From: a virus
Virus record (IMG/VR): IMGVR_UViG_3300024999_000086
Span: 8,109 to 72,108 of that record
Reading direction: 5' to 3' (one strand)
DNA length: 64,000 nucleotides
In this document: positions 10,072 to 19,150 of the stretch, piece by piece
Layout: each line of letters begins with the position of its first letter
Numbering within the stretch: the stretch's first letter is position 1
Translations under genes and position numbers: made by a program
The notes under the pieces: model-generated
What the model was told of the DNA's origin: nothing
Seen by the model: the letters and a program-made list of their open reading frames with translations, nothing else
Databases searched by the model: none

Positions 10072-11547
10072 ATGCTGAGCGTGGTTATCCCATCCCGCAA
10101 TGAGCAGGGATATTTGGAGAAGACTATCGAATCCCTCTTGGCCAACGCCGAGGGGGAGATCGAGATTATCGTTGTGCTCGACGGCTGGCTTCCTGAGAAG
10201 CCAATTGAATTTCCAGTGAACGAGCGACAGCAAGTTCACTGGATTCACAACCCGGAGGCGATCGGGCAGCGGCAGGCGATCAACCAGGCAGTCCGGACGG
10301 CTAAAGGCAAGTACATAATGAAGCTGGACGCGCACTGTGCGGTCTCGAAGGGCTTTGACTTGATCTTGGCCAGAGACTGCGAGTACGACATGACGATGAT
10401 TCCCCGGATGTACAACCTGGACGTCGTGACTTGGCAGCCGAAGCTGCACAAACGCACGGACTATATGTACATCGGCCTGGTCGACGGCAATCTCCGGGCC
10501 TGCTATTACAAGAAGCAGCCTGACAACAACAAGATGATCGACGACACCATGTGCTGCATGGGGCCCGGGTTCTTTCTGCACTTGGAGAGGTTCTGGGAAC
10601 TCGGCGGCTGTATGGAGGAACACGGCGGCTGGGGGCAGCAGGGCGTGGAAGAGGCCTGCAAGGCAGCACTCAGCGGGGGCCGGATGGTGGTCAACAAGAA
10701 CTGCTGGTTCGCTCACTGGTTCCGCGGCGGCGGGGTGCCAGAAGGCCACAAGAAAGGGTTCCCCTACCATATGAGCCAGCACTCGGTCAATATCGCTCGG
10801 GCTTACAGCAACGACCTCTGGATGAACAACAAGTGGCCGAAACAGGTCCGGACCTTCCAGTGGCTCCTCGACAAATTCAATCCCCCCGGGTGGAGCAAGG
10901 AAGCTATGGCCAAGATCGGGAATCCCGCGGAAGTTTCAGTGGCGCCGGCCTCCTCGCCGGCACGGGCGTTCTTCAATCACATGATGTCCGGGAATAAGAT
11001 GCCTACGTGGATGGGTTACACGGTTATCAAATATCCCAACGACCTCATCCTTTATCAGCAGAAACTCTTTGAGCAGAAGCCAGACGTCTTGGTCGAGGTC
11101 GGGACCCACAAGGGCGGCTCGGCCCTGTTCTTTGCTCAGATGATGGATTTGATCGGGCACGGGCGGGTCATCTCAATCGATCGGTCGCACGATAAATACC
11201 CTCTGCCGCAGCATCCGCGGATCACTTATTTGACCGGGAGGTCGACGGCGACGGAGACGTTGGGAAAGGTCAAGGAGATGGTGAACGGGAGTTCCGTGAT
11301 GGTCGTGCTGGACGGTGATCACAGCCGAACGCAGGTGAAGCGTGAGCTGGTACGGTATTCCGACATCGTCACGCAGGGCCAGTACCTCGTCGCCGAAGAC
11401 ACGGTGATGGGGGAGATGGGCATGCCTAATAACCCGGCCGAGGCCGTCGAGTGGTTTCTGAAGAGGACCGACAAAGTTCGCCGAGAGCGGCCGGAGGAGC
11501 AGTTCATGTTCTCCTGTAACAGTGGGGGCTGGCTGAAACGGATATGA
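10072..11547 (+). CDS. GT-A glycosyltransferase (GT2/GT27-like, DxH motif) fused to a CmcI-family O-methyltransferase
   Basis: N-domain: SVVIPSRNE, EIIVVLDG, KLDAHC, WGQQGVE, AHWFR. C-domain: WMGYTVIKYPNDL, KPDVLVEVGTHKGGSA, VVLDGDHS, YLVAEDT (cephalosporin hydroxylase / rhamnosyl O-methyltransferase family). Confidence 0.85.
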   Translation: MLSVVIPSRNEQGYLEKTIESLLANAEGEIEIIVVLDGWLPEKPIEFPVNERQQVHWIHNPEAIGQRQAINQAVRTAKGKYIMKLDAHCAVSKGFDLILARDCEYDMTMIPRMYNLDVVTWQPKLHKRTDYMYIGLVDGNLRACYYKKQPDNNKMIDDTMCCMGPGFFLHLERFWELGGCMEEHGGWGQQGVEEACKAALSGGRMVVNKNCWFAHWFRGGGVPEGHKKGFPYHMSQHSVNIARAYSNDLWMNNKWPKQVRTFQWLLDKFNPPGWSKEAMAKIGNPAEVSVAPASSPARAFFNHMMSGNKMPTWMGYTVIKYPNDLILYQQKLFEQKPDVLVEVGTHKGGSALFFAQMMDLIGHGRVISIDRSHDKYPLPQHPRITYLTGRSTATETLGKVKEMVNGSSVMVVLDGDHSRTQVKRELVRYSDIVTQGQYLVAEDTVMGEMGMPNNPAEAVEWFLKRTDKVRRERPEEQFMFSCNSGGWLKRI

Positions 11548-12014
11548 AAAAATCAGTCCGACGATTCGTCAAACAACAGGTAGACAGGCTGGCCGCGGCC
11601 GGCGACTGTCTGGAGATCGGATCCTACGATGTTAACGGCAACCTCCGGCAGATCCTAGCCCACACCAACTACACCGGACTTGACATGCGCGAGGGGACCA
11701 ACGTCGACGTCGTCGCCAACAGCAACGACTTGCCCTTTCCGGATAACCATTTCGACGTCGTCGTCTGCGTCGAGACCTTTGAACACGACAAGTTCTTCTG
11801 GAAGACCGTAGCTCAGATCAGACGGGTCCTTCGTCCTGGCGGAGTGGTGATTTTAACGGCGCCGAGTATCGACTTCGGCATCCACGAATATCCCAGTGAT
11901 TACTGGAGGTTCACCGAGGCCGGCCTGAAGTCCCTTATCGAAGACTGGTGTGGGGAGATCGTTTCACATCACCATGACCGAGCAGCATTCGTTGCTGGGA
12001 GAAAATATGTCTGA
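11544..12014 (+). CDS. Class I SAM-dependent methyltransferase (Methyltransf_11-like)
   Basis: LEIGSYDVNG, LPFPDNHFDVVVC, RVLRPGG and HEYPSDYWRF motifs. Confidence 0.85.
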   Translation: MKKSVRRFVKQQVDRLAAAGDCLEIGSYDVNGNLRQILAHTNYTGLDMREGTNVDVVANSNDLPFPDNHFDVVVCVETFEHDKFFWKTVAQIRRVLRPGGVVILTAPSIDFGIHEYPSDYWRFTEAGLKSLIEDWCGEIVSHHHDRAAFVAGRKYV

Positions 12015-13626
12015 TATTAGCTTGATATATTACACAGATAACCAACTTGACCCGTTTCTTTTCGCAAAGTGCCAAGAGAAACTTCTTGAGGCTGCCCAAG
12101 GAAAGCGAATCATTTCTGTTTCGCAGAAGCCTCTTGACTTTGGCGACAACATCTGCGTTGGGAATATCGGCCGGAGCCACGAGTCGCTGTTTACCCAGGT
12201 CCTCACCGGGGCAAAAGCGGCGACCACGAAGTATGTGGCACTGGTCGAGCACGACTGCCTGTACTCTCCGGAGCATTTCAACTGGCAGCCACCAAACGAC
12301 TTTGTTTTCTGGTACAACGTCAATCACTGGTTCGTGCAGTGGGGCGGTAGCAACACTGGGCAGTACAGCTACCTGCGGCGGAAGGTCCTGTCCAATCTGA
12401 TTTGCGAGCGTAACCTCTTGATCGAGGCCGTGGAAGAGAAGTTGGCAATTCTCAAGCAAGGCGCCCAAATCCGAAAGGGGTTGCCTGGGGCTTGTGAGCC
12501 TGGGGTCTGTTCAAATGAAGACGCCTTCGTCGGGATTGTAGGTAAGGACTTGGGTAAGGTCCCTGGAGACTATAGAGCCAGGGGCTTTTCAACGGTGGTG
12601 CCAAACCTTGATATCCGGCACGGGCAAAACTTCTCTGGCGGGCGGATTGCCAAGAAGAAGTGCTACTCCCTGCCGTACTGGGGGAGCTTCCACTCTGTAA
12701 TGGGCGTGATCCCTCCCGGTGAGTGGTATCAGGAAGCGACTGTGCATGGCGTTCAGATGCCCACTCGTCGGACGAACGATACGAACGAGAAGCGATGGCA
12801 CAAGTTCATCAAGCCTCTGATTGAGGGCCCCATAGTGGGGAGGATGACTGACTTGGGCTGCAACGCCGGCTTCTATTGCCGAAAGTTTTCTGATCTGGGG
12901 TTCAAAGCAACCGGGGTCGAGCGCGACCCTGAGGTCCTTCGTCACAACTACTGGTGGGAAGAGCACGAGCCCAAGGGTGTCAGAGTCGTCGAGTCCGATA
13001 TCAACGACTATTCTCCATCCTGCTCTGATTATGTTCTCCTTGCCAACGTCCACTACTGGCTGACGCCGGCACATCTGCAGACGTTGGTGCAAAAGCTCAA
13101 CGACCGAGCTTTGAACGTGATCTTGATCGGGAGGTACAACACGGCCTCGGTTCACAAGTCGCCGGCTGACCTGCAGTTTTTGCGGAAGCTCTTCAGAGGT
13201 TGGCAGGAGAAACGAGTGATCAAGGGCGTCAAGCACTTTTCGGTGTTGTTCCGGAACCCGACGTTGATCTCAAGAAGTGTGGATGATCTGTTCACGAAAC
13301 AGCAGTTTTTTAAGAGCAGTCGCTTTTTACCTTCATATTCTCGGTTGATTGATGATATACTGGAAGGCAAGAACGGCAATTATCAGGATTCCGAGTATCA
13401 CAAATATCTTCTTTGGCGAGGATTTAAAGACAGTACTGAACTTCTCAAGCGCCACGTCGACCTTGTCGCCAGTATTCAACAGGAGGGGACCAAGGATCCG
13501 CTGTTGATCGGGCGAGTGGTCAATGGTAAATACGAGCCGGACAGACTGGTCGACGGCGACCATCGGCTGATCGTTGCAAAGAAACTGGGTATTCAAAATG
13601 TTATTTGTCGTGTCGTCAAACAGTAG
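12007..13626 (+). CDS. Glycosyltransferase-like / SAM methyltransferase / ParB-Srx-like fusion
   Basis: N-terminal 'IYYTDN...YVALVEHDCLY' (GT-A-like); middle 'DLGCNAGFY..GVE' (methyltransferase motif I); C-terminal 'SIQQEG.KDPL...LVDGDHRL' (ParB/Srx). Confidence 0.7.
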   Translation: MSDISLIYYTDNQLDPFLFAKCQEKLLEAAQGKRIISVSQKPLDFGDNICVGNIGRSHESLFTQVLTGAKAATTKYVALVEHDCLYSPEHFNWQPPNDFVFWYNVNHWFVQWGGSNTGQYSYLRRKVLSNLICERNLLIEAVEEKLAILKQGAQIRKGLPGACEPGVCSNEDAFVGIVGKDLGKVPGDYRARGFSTVVPNLDIRHGQNFSGGRIAKKKCYSLPYWGSFHSVMGVIPPGEWYQEATVHGVQMPTRRTNDTNEKRWHKFIKPLIEGPIVGRMTDLGCNAGFYCRKFSDLGFKATGVERDPEVLRHNYWWEEHEPKGVRVVESDINDYSPSCSDYVLLANVHYWLTPAHLQTLVQKLNDRALNVILIGRYNTASVHKSPADLQFLRKLFRGWQEKRVIKGVKHFSVLFRNPTLISRSVDDLFTKQQFFKSSRFLPSYSRLIDDILEGKNGNYQDSEYHKYLLWRGFKDSTELLKRHVDLVASIQQEGTKDPLLIGRVVNGKYEPDRLVDGDHRLIVAKKLGIQNVICRVVKQ

Positions 13627-13637
13627 CAGAGGTGAGT

Positions 13638-14321
13638 ATGTTTAAAAAAATAATTTTTCTTGGGCTTCTCTTCGTCGGCGTTGCCCCGGCTGTCTTGGCA
13701 CAGGGGTTCTCGACCCCGTTCGGGACCCAACCTGAGATAGCAATCAATACTGATTGTTCAGGGTTCACGACTGACGGCAAGTTATGCTGGGACAGTGATG
13801 ATGATGTTCTCTACGTCGGGAACGGAACGACAGCAGAGTTGGTTCCTGCCGGGCTTGCTTCGGCGCTGGCTGCGAACGGGGCAAACTGTTCCGCGGGGTC
13901 ATACCCGCTCGGGGTTGACGCCTCCGGTGCGGTTGAGGACTGCACCGCGGCGTTGACTGAAGCTGGAGCGAAGACCGTCGGCATCAACTCCCACACCGAC
14001 GCCACCGTGGTCCTGACCGCTGCCGATTGCTACGGGGATATTAACCTCAACGGTGATGATGACGCGATTGATTTCACCCTTCCCGCTGCTGCTGCTGGGT
14101 TGGCCTGTTGCTTTGACGCCAACGGATTTGCTCAGGTAATCACTGTAGATACAGCGGACGGCACGGACTCCAGTGTGCTTGGCGGCACGGCCCTGACTGC
14201 CGGGAACGCGATTGACACTATCGGCTCCGAGGCTGAACAATTTTGCCTTGTCGGGCGGGATGACTCAACCTGGATTGTTTACCCCGGCTCCGCATACCTG
14301 GCTGACGGAGGGGCAGATTGA
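13638..14321 (+). CDS. Signal-peptide-bearing fibre-like protein
   Basis: N-terminus MFKKIIFLGLLFVGVAPAVLA; 'LAANGANCSAGSYPLGVDASG' and 'FTLPAAAAGL' motifs. Confidence 0.55.
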   Translation: MFKKIIFLGLLFVGVAPAVLAQGFSTPFGTQPEIAINTDCSGFTTDGKLCWDSDDDVLYVGNGTTAELVPAGLASALAANGANCSAGSYPLGVDASGAVEDCTAALTEAGAKTVGINSHTDATVVLTAADCYGDINLNGDDDAIDFTLPAAAAGLACCFDANGFAQVITVDTADGTDSSVLGGTALTAGNAIDTIGSEAEQFCLVGRDDSTWIVYPGSAYLADGGAD

Positions 14322-16336
14322 TGAAAGCCGTGCTTCGCATAATCCTAGCCCTGCTGCTCCTGTGCAATTCTGCACAGGCGATGGTGCCGTACCAGTTGCC
14401 GGAACCGGACGTATTGTACGCTCCTTTCCACACCAATCTGTATTATTACAGCCTAGGAGCAAGAGGCACCGCCACCTTCACCCGAGGCAGCGCCCGAGTC
14501 TTCGAGGACTGGGAAGGCAACTACGTCCGCACCACCAACACCAACGAGGCCACGTTCAAAGCTCGGCGGGTAGCGAACCTGCTTGCTGCGGATTCGAGCG
14601 AGGATTTCTCGGTCGCGAGTTGGACGAAGTTCGGGGCGGCTACGGTTACAGGGACGAATGCAATAAACTTCCCGGATAATTATGGGGGTGTATCTCAAGC
14701 CATCTATGTCAAAAATACCGGACAAGTTTTTCGCTGGGCAGTTACTTTGAGCGGAAGTGGTACCACATCGGTAGTGCTATATAACACTGCAACTGGATAC
14801 ACTACTACTGCTATAGGTTCCAAGGCAGTAACTCTTTCAGCAACTCCGAAAAGATTTTCCGTTGTTGGAACGAGCATATATGCAGGCGGGGGCATATTAG
14901 CCTATATTATTCGCAATGGCAACACCGCCACCCAAGTCACCGCCACCAACGCAATGTTGGAGGAAGTCACGGGCCAGTCAAACGGAAATCCTTCTGAGTA
15001 CACCAGCACCCATCAATACTACGGTGGCCAGACCGTCAAGGGTGTCCAGTACCTCGCCTACGAGAACGGCAACACGGTAGACGCCAACGGAGTTGTAACC
15101 GAGGCCCAGGGCGCAGCGATACCCGATGCCCAGCTTACCGGATACCAGTATAACGGAGCTACGACGAACAAGCTTGCCGGTGCTTTCAATACCGTTGGGC
15201 CGGATATGCTGGGGAGTGAGCTTGCTTCTGGTACGTTGACCATTGGCAAGCGATACCAGATCACGGCAAGGACGGACGCAGATTTCACGGCTGATGGTGC
15301 TGCTGATAACGTAGTTGGCACGCAGTTTACAGCCACAGATACCACAGTCACCCTTGACGCTGGCGACAAGGTCAAGGAGATCGGCGCAGCCAACCTCGCA
15401 GGAACATTCGTCTCCGGCCTCGGCACAGGCGCACAGAATACCGCAGCAGCTACCGCAGCTATCCCCGGCCAAACTCACGGCGGGACCGGCTCAACCACCA
15501 TCACCAATGTCTCAGCGGTAATCACCGCAACCAACAAATACAAAAGATTAACCCCGGCTACCAAGTGGTACGTCACCACGGCTTCGGGCGGAGATGCCAC
15601 CGTGGACTTTACCGGGGCACTCTCAGCCGCAACGCATACCCTTTCCCTTGTTGCCTACGGGGCCACGGCAAGCGATGTGCTGACCCTTGGTACAAACACG
15701 GTAGCAGGTACACCGCAGACCGTCACCACTGCGCCCGTGCTGTACTCGCAGACCTTGACCGCGAACGCCAGCGATACCATGCGGCTGACCGTAGCGGATG
15801 GCGACACGATAACTTGGTGCCTGATGCAAGCTCAGACTGGCATCGTGGCCGACTCTCGCATAATCGTAGAGGGTGCCGCTGCGAGTCGGAGTGCCGATGA
15901 TTTACTAATAACTATTGCAGATGGCACAAGCTACAGAGCAAGAGAAGGAAAGATCAGCTACACACTTACCCCTGGATTTAATCAATCTAGTATTCCTGCT
16001 GCAACTGCCGCTGTTCGGCCGGTGAGTTTGACAGCAGGCAACTCGTTCTTTTACCTGTACGGGCCAACATCTGCAAGGATCACTGATGGAACGAATACAT
16101 TAACACAAGCAATTACACCATTAACAAGTGGAACATCTGTAGATATTGCATCAACATGGTCAACCACGAAGGCCAAAATGAACAACTATAATAGCGTTGA
16201 TGGTTGGTTGACAGCAGGCACTTACGACGGGGCGTTTACCCTAGGTGCGACATACAGATTCTTTTATTCGACTTCATACCCCGCCAGCCTCAAAAACCTG
16301 CGGGTATTAGGCACCGCTGATCCGGGAGGAATGTAA
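14321..16336 (+). CDS. Large signal-peptide-bearing Thr/Ala/Gly-rich fibre/lectin-like protein
   Basis: N-terminus MKAVLRIILALLLLCNSAQA; 'ATFTRGS', 'NLL..SEDFS..W' and 'ASRSADDL' motifs resemble phage head/tail fibre proteins. Confidence 0.6.
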   Translation: MKAVLRIILALLLLCNSAQAMVPYQLPEPDVLYAPFHTNLYYYSLGARGTATFTRGSARVFEDWEGNYVRTTNTNEATFKARRVANLLAADSSEDFSVASWTKFGAATVTGTNAINFPDNYGGVSQAIYVKNTGQVFRWAVTLSGSGTTSVVLYNTATGYTTTAIGSKAVTLSATPKRFSVVGTSIYAGGGILAYIIRNGNTATQVTATNAMLEEVTGQSNGNPSEYTSTHQYYGGQTVKGVQYLAYENGNTVDANGVVTEAQGAAIPDAQLTGYQYNGATTNKLAGAFNTVGPDMLGSELASGTLTIGKRYQITARTDADFTADGAADNVVGTQFTATDTTVTLDAGDKVKEIGAANLAGTFVSGLGTGAQNTAAATAAIPGQTHGGTGSTTITNVSAVITATNKYKRLTPATKWYVTTASGGDATVDFTGALSAATHTLSLVAYGATASDVLTLGTNTVAGTPQTVTTAPVLYSQTLTANASDTMRLTVADGDTITWCLMQAQTGIVADSRIIVEGAAASRSADDLLITIADGTSYRAREGKISYTLTPGFNQSSIPAATAAVRPVSLTAGNSFFYLYGPTSARITDGTNTLTQAITPLTSGTSVDIASTWSTTKAKMNNYNSVDGWLTAGTYDGAFTLGATYRFFYSTSYPASLKNLRVLGTADPGGM

Positions 16337-16503
16337 TGCCAAAGATAGAACCAAGAACCAAGCCCAAGGGCAAGTCGGTATCACAGAAGAATATGACCGC
16401 CCTCAAGAAGCTGCTGGAGATTAAGGGCAAGGATGTGAAGACCCTGAAAGCCACCACCGACATAGAGCTTGCCCAAGAGTTGAAGGAGGTACTGCGTGCT
16501 TAG
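16336..16503 (+). CDS. Small basic hypothetical protein (55 aa, not in ORF track)
   Basis: Translated by eye: MPKIEPRTKPKG...VLRA; TAATG coupling and GGAGG upstream. Confidence 0.5.
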   Translation: MPKIEPRTKPKGKSVSQKNMTALKKLLEIKGKDVKTLKATTDIELAQELKEVLRA

Positions 16504-16897
16504 TATTCTAATAACCGTCCCGGAAGACACGATTGTAGAAGACCCATTGTGGTCCCAGGAGCACGAGGGCGTGCTGTACGAGCTGGGAAGCATTGGCGCG
16601 GAATGGCACTCAGAGGACGGAATCAGCATCGGCACAATAGTTTACCAGGGCCGGAAGATGATTCAAGCGACCATTGAGTTGCCAAGTTCTGCCCCGGTTA
16701 CGCTGCTTCAGGGATTGTTCTTGATCTACGGATTAGACTGGGAAGTACTGGCATGTCAGGAGTGGGACGGTAACACCGTATACCTCCCGGTACAGATGGA
16801 GGTGTACAACTACCTCCCGAAACGAACCGTGATCGAAGAAGGGCAGCTTATCGACCTGACCCCTGATCCCTCATGGGTACCGATCCGCACTGGCTAG
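16496..16897 (+). CDS. Hypothetical protein (possible fibre chaperone)
   Basis: Acidic 133-aa ORF coupled downstream of the fibre-like gene, AAGGAGG RBS. Confidence 0.5.
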   Translation: MLSILITVPEDTIVEDPLWSQEHEGVLYELGSIGAEWHSEDGISIGTIVYQGRKMIQATIELPSSAPVTLLQGLFLIYGLDWEVLACQEWDGNTVYLPVQMEVYNYLPKRTVIEEGQLIDLTPDPSWVPIRTG

Positions 16898-16910
16898 GGG
16901 AGCTGGAAAG

Positions 16911-17501
16911 ATGCGTTTCCGCTTTAACTGCCTCCTGATAGCCGTAACATGCCTGACTGTATGGGCTGGCGGGCTTATCGGGCTGGCACGGGCAGAAGTC
17001 GTGCAGGGGTCATACTCTGAATATATCTGTGATAATGCATGGGACGTGTGGGCAATCAATGCCGGATATTACAACCGTCCGGAACGATACTACATCATCG
17101 CCCACGGCGCGCCGCAACTGTTCCGCCCGAACTGCGGAAGACCGGATATCACCCCTGACCAGATCAGCGGCTACAGCCTGGGGTTTTTCGCCGGGTGTGA
17201 TGCAATGTGTTCTAACGCGGACCATACTTTTGCTGAGTCGGTACCTGAATCGGTCGGCTACTGCAATATGTCCGAGTCGTCCTGTGATGGGTGCTGGATG
17301 GCAACAGTATCTTGGCAGGATACGTTTTACCGCAATGTGGACAGCCTTGGGGCAGGGGCGGCTTATAGCGCAGCGATGAACGCAGTGCCTTCCTGCCTGC
17401 CCTGTTTGAGGTATCACAAGAAGCGGGAGCCTGAGCAGGTGAATGAAACGCAGATTGTGATGACAACTATTATTGTTCCTTGGCTGATGAGGGAAAGATG
17501 A
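16911..17501 (+). CDS. Exported Cys-rich protein with a possible caspase/gingipain-fold His-Cys dyad
   Basis: Signal-like N-terminus, 'YYIIAHG' and 'FFAGC' motifs, hydrophobic C-terminal tail. Confidence 0.4.
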   Translation: MRFRFNCLLIAVTCLTVWAGGLIGLARAEVVQGSYSEYICDNAWDVWAINAGYYNRPERYYIIAHGAPQLFRPNCGRPDITPDQISGYSLGFFAGCDAMCSNADHTFAESVPESVGYCNMSESSCDGCWMATVSWQDTFYRNVDSLGAGAAYSAAMNAVPSCLPCLRYHKKREPEQVNETQIVMTTIIVPWLMRER

Positions 17502-17595
17502 CTTATATCGCTATCTACTCAATCATAGTGGTCATAGTCGCCCTGGCCGTTGGGCTATTTTATGGGCTAAAAGTTGAGAAAAGAGGGAGACGACG

Positions 17596-18270
17596 ATGAA
17601 AATCCTACCGTTGATTATTGCGCTGTTGCTGGCGTGGAATTGTGATGCCTATGCACTTGGGAGGAAGCCGCCGCCACCGGAGCCGACCCCAATCCCAACG
17701 CCGCTCCCGGCCCCGGTGCAGGAAATCGTGATTGAGTACGGCGTCAGAAACGTTTTCAGTAATGAGGTCAATTTCCACTTCTCAAAGCCAATCGCGGAGT
17801 ATGGCCGGTTCAATTTGAACACTGCCGGGAAAAAATATGTAATAGAGGGAAATTACAAGGACAGCAATGTAGAGGTCCGCGACTCAGCCACTACCAAAAA
17901 GCTCGTTGTTATCGCTGGCCCTGCCTACGCAACCAAGGGGGCGAGCGTGGCCTACCCCTCGAAAGACGCACTGACCAAGCCGGAAGCCACGCCAACGCCT
18001 GAGCCGCAACCTGGACTCAGCCAGCACTTCCACCATTGGAACCCTGCGGCGGTGTGGAATGGGGTTGGGTTGGTCATGTGCCCAGACTCCCCGAAATACT
18101 CTGGCTGCACATTCAACGGCGAGGCTATGACCCTGCACGGTAAGGATAAGGGCCGCTGGGTCTGGGCGCAGTACTCGAAGAACAAGGGCAAGGGCGGCAC
18201 AATCATCTGTGACGGGACCAGATTTGAGGTCAAAGGCGGAAACGAAATGCAAAAGGGGGATTGCTGGTGA
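17596..18270 (+). CDS. Signal-peptide-bearing protein with Pro-rich linkers
   Basis: N-terminus MKILPLIIALLLAWNCDAYA; PPPPEPTPIPTPLP linker. Confidence 0.6.
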   Translation: MKILPLIIALLLAWNCDAYALGRKPPPPEPTPIPTPLPAPVQEIVIEYGVRNVFSNEVNFHFSKPIAEYGRFNLNTAGKKYVIEGNYKDSNVEVRDSATTKKLVVIAGPAYATKGASVAYPSKDALTKPEATPTPEPQPGLSQHFHHWNPAAVWNGVGLVMCPDSPKYSGCTFNGEAMTLHGKDKGRWVWAQYSKNKGKGGTIICDGTRFEVKGGNEMQKGDCW

Positions 18271-18473
18271 TGAGACTATTTATCGCTTTGGTATTTGCTT
18301 TGATGCTGGCCGGCTGTGCAAACAGTAGCCGGAACCTGACCGTCCACCTGCACGACAGCGCAACGCTAATGATTTGCGGGAGCACCATCAGCCCCGAGGT
18401 CATGAAGAGCAACACCGATGAGCGGGCTTCGAACGCAACCGATGTCTCACCGACCATTCCGCTGGTCCCGTGA
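18270..18473 (+). CDS. Small lipoprotein (possible spanin component)
   Basis: Lipobox LAGC after a hydrophobic stretch; lies in the lysis region. Confidence 0.5.
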   Translation: MRLFIALVFALMLAGCANSSRNLTVHLHDSATLMICGSTISPEVMKSNTDERASNATDVSPTIPLVP

Positions 18474-18481
18474 GGTGCGCC

Positions 18482-18682
18482 ATGAACATATTCGAGCAGG
18501 CATGGGAGTTCTTCAGCGGGAAAAAGGTTGCTATCGGCTCAATTCTCCTGACTGCAGCGGTAATTCTGCGCGACAATTTCCCTGACCTCATCGTCTGGGC
18601 CGGTGTATTTGAGCAAATCGGCTTGGTCCTGGTTGGCGGAGGGCTGGCTCACAAGGCCGTGAAGGAGTACCGCGGTGAGTGA
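18482..18682 (+). CDS. Putative holin (2 TM)
   Basis: 'FFSGKK' followed by two hydrophobic helices and a basic C-terminus. Confidence 0.5.
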   Translation: MNIFEQAWEFFSGKKVAIGSILLTAAVILRDNFPDLIVWAGVFEQIGLVLVGGGLAHKAVKEYRGE

Positions 18683-19097
18683 GTATGACGGCCAGATAGA
18701 TACCGAGGTCTATTACCGGGACCGAATGAAATACGTCACGGCGCGGCGACATGCCTATCAAACCAAGGTGCGCCCAGACCATGACATCTACGGCAAGTTC
18801 GTATCGCTCCTGACCTGCGGGGTTCTGCTCATTGAGGAGGGTTGTCCTTGGAATGGGGCAAACGTGGTTCCTGACCGCAAATCAAACATGCGGGCGTCCC
18901 TTATCCATGACGTGCTCGTAGGCATGATTCAGGCCGGGATTCTCGACCCGAAATTCAAGACCGAAGTGGACGAAGAGTTCTATGATACCTGCCGCGAAGA
19001 TGGCATGTGGCTGGTCCCGGCTATAACGGAGTTTTTCGGTGTCCAGTTCCATTCCTGGGACCGGAACCCGATCGACACGATAAAGGTTGCACCATAA
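18675..19097 (+). CDS. DUF1353-like phage protein
   Basis: 'WNGA...MRASLIHDVL' motif. Confidence 0.6.
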   Translation: MSEYDGQIDTEVYYRDRMKYVTARRHAYQTKVRPDHDIYGKFVSLLTCGVLLIEEGCPWNGANVVPDRKSNMRASLIHDVLVGMIQAGILDPKFKTEVDEEFYDTCREDGMWLVPAITEFFGVQFHSWDRNPIDTIKVAP

Positions 19098-19150
19098 TAC
19101 AAACAGGAAGCCCGCGAGCCTCAGCAGGCCGGGCGGTAAGGAGCTGGTGG

